A program made the position numbers and the translations under genes. A stretch of DNA of 64,000 nucleotides. Source: Candidatus Moraniibacteriota bacterium (GTDB lineage: Bacteria; Patescibacteriota; Minisyncoccia; Moranbacterales; UBA2206). Position 1 is the first letter of the stretch, and each line of letters opens with the position of its first letter. Location: positions 7,502 to 71,501 of the forward strand of contig JAUSNP010000001.1 of the NCBI GenBank assembly GCA_030645735.1, given 5' to 3'. Below, one piece after another: positions 17,951 to 27,189 of the stretch. The notes below the pieces were generated by a model. It worked only from the letters and a program-made list of their open reading frames with translations, searched no databases and was not told where the DNA came from.

Positions 17951-18174
17951 AAGCTTTGATGGAGCAATCACTCCGGAGCTTTGGAAAGAAAGTCGCAAGA
18001 CCCTAGACTCCAACGGGTATGCCCGTAATAGCTTGAATTAAGAGTCGCAAATCATAGAACGCATAACGTGGAACGCAAAAACGTTTCGCGATCCACGTTT
18101 CACGATACGCGATTGAACTAAGGTGGTACCACGTCGTTGACGTCCTTATGCATTTTTTGCAGAGGGCTTTTTTT
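17951..18174 (+). promoter_or_regulatory. Ile T-box riboswitch with ultrashort Stem I and intrinsic terminator
   Basis: K-turn plus GGAG-CAAUCA-CUCC (specifier AUC 17967-17969); antiterminator UAAGG-UGGUACC-ACG..CGU-CCUUA; terminator GUCCUUAUGC/GCAGAGGGC plus U tract. Confidence 0.88.
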
Positions 18175-18192
18175 ATTTTAAAATATAAAGAT

Positions 18193-18774
18193 ATGAAATT
18201 AGATAAAATAATAGAAGAAAAAATAAAAGAAGAGGTTCTTAAAAAACTTCAAAATGGAAAACCGAATTGGGACATTCCCCATACATTGAATGCTGTTGAA
18301 TGGATGCGCTGCTTGATTGAAGGTGAGGGCGGTAATGAAAGAATACTTATTCCTGCTATATATTTTCATGATACTGGATATCCAGAGCTTGATGAAAATT
18401 ATAATTATGACGATCTCATTGAAAGTAAAAAAATGCATGCAATAAAGGGGGCTGAATTTACAAAAAATGTTTTATCTCAAATAAATTATTTTTCTAAAGA
18501 AGAGGTTGAAGAGATTGTATATTTAGTTAAAAAACATGACGAGCATGATAATCTAGAAACGCATAATCGTAGATTGATATTTGAAGCAGATGGATTGTCA
18601 ATGATTGATTGGGAGCATGTGAAGCCAAATTTTGATCAAAAAAACAGGACAGAATTTTTGAATAAATATTTTATTAGTGAAAGAGGTCTTGATAGGTGGC
18701 ATACTATTACAGGAAAAAAATATTTAAAAATTTTATTTAAAAAAGCCAAGGAATATAATATAAATAATCCTTAA
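18193..18774 (+). CDS. HD-domain protein
   Basis: H...AIYFHDTG..H...H..D motif order; AT-rich; lies between the T-box and ileS. Confidence 0.8.
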   Translation: MKLDKIIEEKIKEEVLKKLQNGKPNWDIPHTLNAVEWMRCLIEGEGGNERILIPAIYFHDTGYPELDENYNYDDLIESKKMHAIKGAEFTKNVLSQINYFSKEEVEEIVYLVKKHDEHDNLETHNRRLIFEADGLSMIDWEHVKPNFDQKNRTEFLNKYFISERGLDRWHTITGKKYLKILFKKAKEYNINNP

Positions 18775-18804
18775 CCTATATTTTAAAAAAGTAATAAAAA
18801 TTTT

Positions 18805-21800
18805 ATGTTCAAAAAAGTAGATCCAAAGATGACATTTCCAAAAATGGAAGAAGAAGTTTTGAAGTTTTGGGAAGAGAATCAAGTCTTTGAAAAGTCATTG
18901 GAAAAAAACAAAGACAAGCAAGCTTATGTTTTTTATGATGGACCGCCGTTTGCCACGGGCAATCCGCATTATGGTCACATTGTGGGCAGCGTGATGAAAG
19001 ATGTGGTGCCGAGATATTGGACGATGCGCGGGCGATATGTGGAAAGAAAATGGGGTTGGGATTGCCATGGTTTGCCGATTGAAAACATCGCCGAAAAAGA
19101 ATTGGGCATCAAGCGCAAAAACGAAATTGAAGAAATGGGCGTGGAGAAATTCAATGAGTTTTGTCGTTCCAAAGTTTTGAGCTATGTTTCAGTTTGGGAA
19201 AAAATCATCACCCGTTTGGGTCGTTGGGCCGATATGAAAAACGCCTACAAGACTATGGATTTGCCATACATGGAATCCATTTGGTTTGTCTTCAAAGAAT
19301 TGTGGGACAAAGGCTTGATTTATGAAGGCTATCGCTCGATGCATATTTGTACGCGTTGTGAAACAACTTTGTCACAACAAGAAGTTTCTGAAGGCTATAA
19401 GGACATCAAAGATTTGTCGGCTATCGCGAAATTTGAATTGGTGGACGAACCAGGAGCTTTTGTCTTGGCTTGGACCACCACACCCTGGACATTGCTGGGC
19501 AATGTGGCTTTGGCAGTGGGTGCGGAGATTGATTATGTAAAAATTAGTTACAATGATAAAGCTGGAAATGCACAACAATTTATTTTAGCAAAATCAATTT
19601 ATGAAATTAAAAAAGATGAATTATTCCCATCGGTTAAGGAGTTAAAGGCAGATGAAGTTCCGCCAATGCCACCAAAAATTATAGAAGAATTTAAAGGTAA
19701 TAATCTAGTTGGCAAAAAATATAAACCTCTTTTTGATTATTATGTCGGCAAGGGAATTGAAAATGAGGAAAATGGTTGGCAGATTTATGCGGGTGATTTT
19801 GTGACTACTGAAGATGGAACGGGTGTGGTGCATATTGCGCCAGCGTTTGGTGATGATGACTTCCGATTGTCACAACAATATAATTTGCCATTTGTGCAAC
19901 ATGTGGGGATGGACGGAATTATTAAAAAAGAGGCTGGTGAATTTGCTGGTATTAGCTTGAAGCCGAGAGCTAAAGATAAACCAGAGGAAATTCGAGAGGC
20001 TGATCTGACCATGATAAAAGCAATGGGTGACAAAATATTTCATTCTGAAAAATATTTACATAGTTATCCGCATTGTTGGCGCTGTGACACCCCACTCATT
20101 AACTACGCGACTTCATCATGGTTTGTGAAAGTGACAGGCGTGAAAGAAAGGGCATTGGAGACAGCCAAAGAAATCAATTGGACACCCAATCACATCAAGG
20201 AAGGGCGTTTTGGAAAATGGTTGGAAGGTGCGCGTGACTGGTCAATTTCTCGTCAGAGATTTTGGGCCTCAGTCATGCCGATTTGGAGATGCAAAGAATG
20301 TGGCGAGTTGGAAGTTTTTGGCTCTGTGGCATCTTTGGAAGAGCGAAGTGGCGCAAAGGTGACGGATTTGCATAAGCATGTAGTGGATAACATAACTTTC
20401 AAATGTCAAAAATGTTCTGGCGAAATGCATCGCGTGCCGGATGTGTTGGACACTTGGTTTGATTCCGGTTCGATGCCATACGCTCAGATGCACTATCCAT
20501 TTGAAAACAAAGAAAAATTTGAAGCCAATTTCCCAGCCGAGTTCATTGCGGAAGGGCAAGATCAAACTCGCGCTTGGTTCTATTATTTGCATGTTCTTGG
20601 CACGGCCTTGAAAGATAAGCCAGCTTTCAAGAATGTGATTGTCAATGGTATCGTTTTGGCGGAGGATGGCAAAAAGATGGCTAAGAAATTGCAAAATTAT
20701 CCAGACCCATCTTTGATGTTTGAAAAATACGGTGCTGATTCTATTCGCATGTATTTGATGAGCTCGCCAGTAGTGGCCGCAGAAAATTTGAATTTCAAAG
20801 AAGCGGATGTGGCTGACTTCATGCGTGGAACTTTCCGCATGTTGTGGAATTCATATTCTTTCTTTGTATTGTATGCTGACATCGATAAATGGAAACCATC
20901 AGACCAAATCCCAAATCCCAAATCCCGAATCACAAATTTATTAGACAAATGGATTTTGTCTGAATTGAATATGCTCATCAGAGATTATAACAAGCACATG
21001 GAGGCTTATGAATTGAATTATGCCTCACGCTTGTTTCCAAAATTTATCGACAATCTTTCCAATTGGTATATTCGTCGATCACGCAAAAGATTTTGGAAAT
21101 CGGAAGATGATGGCGACAAAGCTGAGGCCTATCAGACTTTGCATTTTGTGTTGGTTGAATTGGCAAAATTGATGGCACCTTTTGCACCGTTCATGGCAGA
21201 AGAAATTTTCAAGAATCTGACTGGCAAAGAATCAGTACATTTGGAGGATATGCCAATGGCGGATGAGAGTGTGATTAATGTCGACATGAATGGCGATATG
21301 GAATATTTACGTAATACAATTAGCTCTGGGCTAAGAGCTAGGGCTGAGGCAAAAATAAAAGTTCGACAGCCATTGCAAGACGTTGTGATAATTGCTAAAG
21401 AAAGTTTCCCAGAAGAAATGAAGCAAATTATTTGTGATGAGTTGAATGTAAAAAAAGTTTTGGTTGTAAATGATTTCAATAATTTGGCTAGTGAGTATGT
21501 AGTAGGGGAGGAAAGTGGATTGAGGATTGCCTTAAACATTATCATAACCGAAGAACTGAAGCTTGAAGGCCAGGCGCGGGAAATTATCCGTTCAATTCAA
21601 GAGATGCGCAAAGAGGCTGGCTTTGAGGTTGACAATCGTATCAAAGTTGGCTACGATGGTTTGAATAATGTTTTTGAGAAGTTTAGTTCTTTAATCCAGC
21701 GAGAAGTGCTCGCTGTTGACATAGTTGCCGGTGTAATTGAAACTCCTGATCTACAAAAGGAGCTTGCAATTGACGGAAAAACTGCATCAATAAGTATCAA

Positions 21801-21813
21801 AAAGGAGCGCTAA
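18805..21813 (+). CDS. ileS: Isoleucine--tRNA ligase, type 2
   Basis: DGPPFATG.PHYGH, GWDCHGLP, WTTTPWT, EGQDQTRAWF, KMAKK. Confidence 0.97.
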   Translation: MFKKVDPKMTFPKMEEEVLKFWEENQVFEKSLEKNKDKQAYVFYDGPPFATGNPHYGHIVGSVMKDVVPRYWTMRGRYVERKWGWDCHGLPIENIAEKELGIKRKNEIEEMGVEKFNEFCRSKVLSYVSVWEKIITRLGRWADMKNAYKTMDLPYMESIWFVFKELWDKGLIYEGYRSMHICTRCETTLSQQEVSEGYKDIKDLSAIAKFELVDEPGAFVLAWTTTPWTLLGNVALAVGAEIDYVKISYNDKAGNAQQFILAKSIYEIKKDELFPSVKELKADEVPPMPPKIIEEFKGNNLVGKKYKPLFDYYVGKGIENEENGWQIYAGDFVTTEDGTGVVHIAPAFGDDDFRLSQQYNLPFVQHVGMDGIIKKEAGEFAGISLKPRAKDKPEEIREADLTMIKAMGDKIFHSEKYLHSYPHCWRCDTPLINYATSSWFVKVTGVKERALETAKEINWTPNHIKEGRFGKWLEGARDWSISRQRFWASVMPIWRCKECGELEVFGSVASLEERSGAKVTDLHKHVVDNITFKCQKCSGEMHRVPDVLDTWFDSGSMPYAQMHYPFENKEKFEANFPAEFIAEGQDQTRAWFYYLHVLGTALKDKPAFKNVIVNGIVLAEDGKKMAKKLQNYPDPSLMFEKYGADSIRMYLMSSPVVAAENLNFKEADVADFMRGTFRMLWNSYSFFVLYADIDKWKPSDQIPNPKSRITNLLDKWILSELNMLIRDYNKHMEAYELNYASRLFPKFIDNLSNWYIRRSRKRFWKSEDDGDKAEAYQTLHFVLVELAKLMAPFAPFMAEEIFKNLTGKESVHLEDMPMADESVINVDMNGDMEYLRNTISSGLRARAEAKIKVRQPLQDVVIIAKESFPEEMKQIICDELNVKKVLVVNDFNNLASEYVVGEESGLRIALNIIITEELKLEGQAREIIRSIQEMRKEAGFEVDNRIKVGYDGLNNVFEKFSSLIQREVLAVDIVAGVIETPDLQKELAIDGKTASISIKKER
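20904..20937 (+). repeat. In-frame (CCAAATC)n insert in ileS
   Basis: ccaaatc ccaaatc ccaaatc ccgaatc acaaat encodes QIPNPKSRITN. Confidence 0.8.
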
Positions 21814-21945
21814 ATGAATACCGAAGTTGAATCAGCGTTGTCGCAGATCATGCACAATCCCAGCGGATTCGAGTTGGTAGTTATTGGGGTGTTCGCCGTG
21901 ATGATGTTGCGAGTCATTTGCGAGGAATTTTTTTGTCATCGCTAA
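21814..21945 (+). CDS. 43-aa hydrophobic small protein (not in the ORF track)
   Basis: AGGAG upstream; MNTEVESALSQIMHNPSGFELVVIGVFAVMMLRVICEEFFCHR*; terminator downstream. Confidence 0.45.
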   Translation: MNTEVESALSQIMHNPSGFELVVIGVFAVMMLRVICEEFFCHR

Positions 21946-21962
21946 GGGGTGGTGAGATTGAG

Positions 21963-22001
21963 AGGGGGTGTTCGCGCTTATAAAGAGCGAATGCCCCTTT
22001 T
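21963..22001 (+). terminator. Intrinsic terminator
   Basis: GGGGTGTTCGC...GCGAATGCCCC-TTTT. Confidence 0.75.
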
Positions 22002-22034
22002 GATTTTCCTCTTGATTAGCAATATAATAGGTAA

Positions 22035-22763
22035 ATGGACTACAAATACCAAGGTATAATTTTGAATAAGCGCGAAGTGGGCGAAGTGGATCGGATTTAT
22101 ACGATTTACACTTTTGAAGCTGGAAAAATCCGTGTGTTGGGCAAAGGTGTGCGCAAACCTAATGCCAAATTGGCCGGCAATTTGGAGTCAGTCACGCAGG
22201 CGGAAATTTTTATGTCCAAAAACAAGGGCATGGGCAAAATCACAGGTTCGATTGCAATCAACAATTTCAGCAACATCAAATCCAACCTAGATTTGGTCAA
22301 TCGAGTTTTTTATGTCTTCAAAATTCTAGCCAGAATAATTTCTGAGGAAGAAAAAGATGAAAAAATCTTTTTGCTGTTGGAAAAATATTTGACAACTATG
22401 GATGCAAATGAAGTTGGAGAAGACAAGGCAGATATTTTGACACTGGGATTGTTGTTTCAAATTTTGGCTGAAATGGGCTATCGGCTGGAAATGGAAAAAT
22501 GCGTGCATTGTGAGAAAAAATTGCTGCTAGAGAACAATTATTTCAGCATTTCCCGCGGAGGAGTTTTATGTGCAAATTGCCAAAATGTGGAAAACAAAAA
22601 GATATTGATTAGTAATGAGGCGATCAAATTGATTAGGATATTTTTACAAAATAGATTGGAAAATTTGATCAAACTTAAAGTTCCGCAAGCGGATATAAAC
22701 AGATTGAAAATAATTCTCAATGAATCAATCAATTGGTTCTCTGGTGAGAACTTCCGAATTTGA
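22035..22763 (+). CDS. recO: DNA repair protein RecO
   Basis: GIIL...GE.DRI..IYT...GKI....KGVRKP.AKL; C..C...C..C zinc finger. Confidence 0.93.
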   Translation: MDYKYQGIILNKREVGEVDRIYTIYTFEAGKIRVLGKGVRKPNAKLAGNLESVTQAEIFMSKNKGMGKITGSIAINNFSNIKSNLDLVNRVFYVFKILARIISEEEKDEKIFLLLEKYLTTMDANEVGEDKADILTLGLLFQILAEMGYRLEMEKCVHCEKKLLLENNYFSISRGGVLCANCQNVENKKILISNEAIKLIRIFLQNRLENLIKLKVPQADINRLKIILNESINWFSGENFRI

Positions 22764-22822
22764 TAAAAACCCCAATTTCTGGTATTATTTAGCTATTAAA
22801 TAAAAATAAAAAGCCAAAATCT

Positions 22823-24733
22823 ATGTCTTTGTCCGAAATAAAAAATAGTTTATACGAAAAAGAAGCTCCTAAGGATTTGAGCGCGCATGCTGAAAGTGAA
22901 TTTGATGCGCGCGTTGATTCTGTTGGCGCAGGAAAGGCGGAGATTGTTTCAACGGAAGATGTGTGGGAGAAAAAAGAAGCTGGACTATCTGAGCCGAAGA
23001 AAAAGACTCTGAAAACTGTCGGTATTATTTTGGGCATCATTGTCGGTATTGTGCTTATTCTTGTGGCAGTCTATCAGATTCGCAAATCTTCTTTCAATGA
23101 GAGTCGCGTAACTATTTCGGTTGACGGGCAGAAAGAAGCTAAAAGTGGGAAGCTTTTGACTTATGAAATAACCTACAACAATAATAATTGGGGATCTTTG
23201 AAGGGAGCTGTTTTGCGTATAACACATCCAGAAAGTTTCAAACCAGAAGAGAGTGTGCAATATCGAGAGGAAAGTCCAACTGTCAGCATAGTTAATCTGG
23301 GCGATTTGGCAGGACACGCTACCGGCAAGGTTATGTTTGGCGGTCGAGCTTTCACTCCCAAAGGCACCCTGATGTACATCAAAGCTGATTTAGTGTATAC
23401 CCCGTCTAATTTTAATAGTCAGTTCAGCACTAATGCCCAATTGGGAGTTAATGTGATTTCAACTCCAATGTCTTTGGAAATTATGGCTCCGCAGAATTTG
23501 GCGAGTGGCGATTCTTTGGACTATCAGATAACTTATAAAAATATTGGGGCAGAAGATTTTGAAAACATTCGACTTAAAGTAGATTTTCAGGATGGATTTA
23601 TTTTTTCCAAAGCTGAGCCGACTGCCTCAGAAGGCAACAATATTTGGTATATTGGACATCTTTCGGCTGGAGAAGAAGGCAAAGTTGTTGTAAGTGGAAA
23701 ATTGCAAGGTGAGGAGGGCAATGTTAAAAAAGTGAATGCTTACATTGGGACTATAAATCAAGGGCAGTTCGTGAGTTATAATGAAGAAAATGTGGCTACC
23801 AACATTGTTGCTTCGCCGTTAGTTATAATGCAAGCGGTTAATGGCGCATTTGAATATAACGCTAATGCTGGCGAGGATCTCAACTTTGAAATACAATATA
23901 AAAACAATAGCGATGTTGGCCTGAAGAATGTTATTGTGAAAGAAGTGTTGGACAGTCCAATTTTAGATTATGCGACATTGGATATGACGGGCGGTTCATT
24001 TGATATGGATACAAAAACTATCGAGTGGAAAGCGGTTGATTATCCAGTGCTTGGCAATCTTGCGCCTGGTCAGGGCGGTTCCATTAAATTTTCTATCAAG
24101 GTCAAAAGTGTTATCCCAATGCAAACAGTGAATGACAAAAATTTTGTTATTTCAGGAATAGCCAAAATAGATAGCCCCGACATTGTTACGCCACTTGAAA
24201 TGAATAAAATAATTGCTGGCAATAGAATTGATATAAAATTAAAATCCAAGCTAATATTGGATGTCAAAGGATATTATGCGGATTTGATGGTTCCTAACTC
24301 TGGTCCGGTTCCTCCAACTGTTGGACAAGAGACTAGCTATACAATTCATTTGAAAGCTGGTAATGTTTCTAACGATGTGACTGATGCCAGAATTGAAGTT
24401 ATTTTGCCAGCTGGAGTGACTGTTACGGGCAGGGGCTATCCAGATGATGCTAAGATAGACTTTGATGAAAGATCTAATGTTTTAGTTTGGAATATCGGCA
24501 ACATGCAAGCAGGGGATGGCGTTCTAAATCCAATAAAGGAAATAGCTTTTCAAATAAAAGTTAAACCAGCGCCAAATCAAGTCGGCGAGGTTATGGAGAT
24601 AATTAAAAATGTCAGTTTTTCAGCCAAAGACACTTTCACAAAACAGGATTTGAAGGCGCAAGCCGGAAGCAAAACTACAATGTTGCAAGAAGACCAAACT
24701 ATCAATGCGATTGGCTGGAAGGTGAGCAATTAA
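22823..24733 (+). CDS. Membrane-anchored protein with tandem Ig-like (DUF11-like) domains
   Basis: Single TM near N-terminus; repeated G....Y.I.Y.N...W.IG.L..G..G modules. Confidence 0.65.
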   Translation: MSLSEIKNSLYEKEAPKDLSAHAESEFDARVDSVGAGKAEIVSTEDVWEKKEAGLSEPKKKTLKTVGIILGIIVGIVLILVAVYQIRKSSFNESRVTISVDGQKEAKSGKLLTYEITYNNNNWGSLKGAVLRITHPESFKPEESVQYREESPTVSIVNLGDLAGHATGKVMFGGRAFTPKGTLMYIKADLVYTPSNFNSQFSTNAQLGVNVISTPMSLEIMAPQNLASGDSLDYQITYKNIGAEDFENIRLKVDFQDGFIFSKAEPTASEGNNIWYIGHLSAGEEGKVVVSGKLQGEEGNVKKVNAYIGTINQGQFVSYNEENVATNIVASPLVIMQAVNGAFEYNANAGEDLNFEIQYKNNSDVGLKNVIVKEVLDSPILDYATLDMTGGSFDMDTKTIEWKAVDYPVLGNLAPGQGGSIKFSIKVKSVIPMQTVNDKNFVISGIAKIDSPDIVTPLEMNKIIAGNRIDIKLKSKLILDVKGYYADLMVPNSGPVPPTVGQETSYTIHLKAGNVSNDVTDARIEVILPAGVTVTGRGYPDDAKIDFDERSNVLVWNIGNMQAGDGVLNPIKEIAFQIKVKPAPNQVGEVMEIIKNVSFSAKDTFTKQDLKAQAGSKTTMLQEDQTINAIGWKVSN

Positions 24734-24737
24734 ATTT

Positions 24738-25853
24738 ATGGGGAAAACTTTCGAAATATTAGAAAAAAATAATCTTGCCAGAGTTGGAAAGCTCAGGACA
24801 AAAAACGGAGAAATTAATACCCCGTTTTTTATGCCGGATGCGACGCGCGGGTTTGTGAAGTTATTATCTAAAGGGGATTTAGAAAAAATAAATTTGAGTC
24901 CGATGGTGGTCAACACCTATCATCTCTATTTACAGCCAGGGATGGAGCTAATAAAAAAAGGCGGGGGCATTCACAAGTTTATGAATTGGAATGGGCCACT
25001 TCTTTCTGATTCTGGCGGATATCAAATATTTTCCTTGATTCATAAAAATTCTAAACTAGGCAAGATAACAGATGAGAAAGCAGTTTTCAAATCCCCGCTA
25101 GACGGCAGAAAACATGAATTGACCCCAGAAAAATCTATCCAGATTCAGTTTGATTTGGGCGTGGATATGATGGTGGTTTTGGATGATGTGCCGCCAGTTA
25201 CATATTCGGACAGAAAAATGAAAGTGGCCATAGATAGAACTATAGCGTGGGCCAAGCGTTGCAAGATTGAATATGAAAAACAAATCAAAGAAAGAGGAAT
25301 TTCAGAAGATCAGCGCCCATTGCTTTTTGGGGTTATTCAAGGTGGAAAAAACGCAGCTTTGAGAAAATATTGCGCGGAGGAGTTGGTCAAGTTGGATTTT
25401 GATGGCTATGGCTTCGGTGCGCGTCATGTAGACGAGAATGGTGTTTTTATGCAAGAGATGGTGGCGGAAACAGCCAAGATGATTCCGGAGGACAAACTAC
25501 GCTTTGCGCTGGGTGTTGGCACACCGGAAGATATTGTACGATTCGTAGCTTGTGGTTGGGATATGTTTGATTGTGTGATTCCGACGCGTGAAGGTCGGCA
25601 CGGCCGATTGTTTGTTTGGAAAGAGGGAGAATTGAAAGACAAAGATTTTTATACCACCATCAACATCAACAATCATAAATTTAATGACGATTTTTCGCCA
25701 GTAGATGAAACTTGTGATTGCGAACTTTGTCGCAATCATTCACGCGCTTATTTGAAACATCTTTTTGTCAGCAAAGACCCACTGGGCATGCGGTTGGCCG
25801 CAGTGCATAACCTGAAGTTTTATTTGGATTTGATGAAAAAAATACGAGGATAA
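24738..25853 (+). CDS. tgt: tRNA-guanine transglycosylase
   Basis: TP.FMP.AT, NTYHL, DSGGYQ, D.FDCV.PTR.GR, C.C..C and HN zinc site. Confidence 0.95.
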   Translation: MGKTFEILEKNNLARVGKLRTKNGEINTPFFMPDATRGFVKLLSKGDLEKINLSPMVVNTYHLYLQPGMELIKKGGGIHKFMNWNGPLLSDSGGYQIFSLIHKNSKLGKITDEKAVFKSPLDGRKHELTPEKSIQIQFDLGVDMMVVLDDVPPVTYSDRKMKVAIDRTIAWAKRCKIEYEKQIKERGISEDQRPLLFGVIQGGKNAALRKYCAEELVKLDFDGYGFGARHVDENGVFMQEMVAETAKMIPEDKLRFALGVGTPEDIVRFVACGWDMFDCVIPTREGRHGRLFVWKEGELKDKDFYTTININNHKFNDDFSPVDETCDCELCRNHSRAYLKHLFVSKDPLGMRLAAVHNLKFYLDLMKKIRG

Positions 25854-25894
25854 CTAGTTGACCTTAAATATGTTTGCGTGTATACTTTTTTGAT

Positions 25895-27166
25895 ATGAAA
25901 AAAATTGAACTTCTCGCTCCGGCGGGGAATTTGGAAAAATTGAAATATGCCATTGCTTATGGCGCGGATGCGGTGTATGCCGGCGTGCCAGATTTTTCGT
26001 TGCGCGTACGGATTAATAATTTTACGCAGGAGTCCTTGAAAGAGGCGGTGGAATATGTGCATCAACATAAAAAGAAAATTTTTGTGACTCTGAATATTTA
26101 TGCGCACAATGTGCACTTAGATGAAATCAAGAGTCATTTGAAGTTTTTGAAAACTTTGGATATTGATGGTGTGATTGTGGCCGACCCGGGAATTATAATG
26201 TTAGTGAAAAAATATTTGCCGAAGGTGGAAATTCATTTGTCCACTCAGGCTAATGCGACCAATATTGAAGCTGTGAAATTCTGGGCTAAAAATGGAGTGA
26301 AAAGAATTGTCTTGGCACGGGAAGTGTCATTGGACGAAATTCGCGAAATCAAAAAAGCTGTGCCAAAAATGGAATTGGAATATTTTATTCATGGCGCAAT
26401 GTGTATGAGCTATTCTGGCCGTTGTATTTTGAGCAAGTGGATGAGCAACCGCAGCGCCAATTTGGGGGATTGCACCCAGCCTTGTCGTTGGAAATACACG
26501 GAAGTCAAAAGTCCAAAGTCCAAAGTCGAAAGCGAGATTCTAGAAAAAACCGTGGTGGATGATATGGGAAGATTTGAAGTGGATTTGGAAGAGGATCGGC
26601 ATGGGACTTATTTTTTCAATAGTCGTGATATGAATTTGTCTGCTCACATTCAAGATTTGATTGATGCTGGCATTGATTCATTGAAAATTGAAGGGCGTGC
26701 CAAGAGTGTCTATTACGTAGCCACTGTGGTGCGCGCCTATCGCAAAATCATTGATGCGCTGAAAAAGAAAAATTTGACGCAAGTCATCAAAGAGCAACAA
26801 AAAGAATTAGACACTTTGGTTAATCGCGGATATTCCAAAGGCTTTTTACTAGGCAATGAACCAGAGCACAACTTTGAGGGCGCACTCAGTGAGACGGACT
26901 ATAAATTCGCAGCGCAGATTGAAGGCAAAAAGAAAATTAATGGCCAAGTCCTCAATGTTGTTTTTATGCATAACGAAATTTTCTTGAAAGACAAAATTGA
27001 AGCCATTAGTCCAAAGGGCAATGAAAAGGTCAAAATCAAAAAAATTTTGAATTACAAACTGGAAAAAGTGACCGAAGCACATGGCGGTCATGACAAGCGT
27101 TTTTTTGTGCAATTCGACAAAATTTTGGCAGGCAAAACTCTCCTACGCAGAAAGTTGACTAAGTAG
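25895..27166 (+). CDS. U32 family protein (TrhP-like tRNA hydroxylase)
   Basis: ELLAPAG, HLSTQAN, HGAMCMSYSGRC..GDCTQPCR, KIEGR.K; start moved to ATG 25895. Confidence 0.88.
   Translation: MKKIELLAPAGNLEKLKYAIAYGADAVYAGVPDFSLRVRINNFTQESLKEAVEYVHQHKKKIFVTLNIYAHNVHLDEIKSHLKFLKTLDIDGVIVADPGIIMLVKKYLPKVEIHLSTQANATNIEAVKFWAKNGVKRIVLAREVSLDEIREIKKAVPKMELEYFIHGAMCMSYSGRCILSKWMSNRSANLGDCTQPCRWKYTEVKSPKSKVESEILEKTVVDDMGRFEVDLEEDRHGTYFFNSRDMNLSAHIQDLIDAGIDSLKIEGRAKSVYYVATVVRAYRKIIDALKKKNLTQVIKEQQKELDTLVNRGYSKGFLLGNEPEHNFEGALSETDYKFAAQIEGKKKINGQVLNVVFMHNEIFLKDKIEAISPKGNEKVKIKKILNYKLEKVTEAHGGHDKRFFVQFDKILAGKTLLRRKLTK
26502..26532 (+). repeat. In-frame (AAAGTCC)n insert in the U32 gene
   Basis: aagtcaaaagtccaaagtccaaagtcgaaag encodes VKSPKSKVES. 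Confidence 0.75.
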
Positions 27167-27182
27167 GATAGTGTTATATAAT
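27155..27182 (+). promoter_or_regulatory. Sigma70-type promoter for the glyQS leader
   Basis: TTGACT, 16 nt, TATAAT. Confidence 0.65.
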
Positions 27183-27189
27183 AGACATA

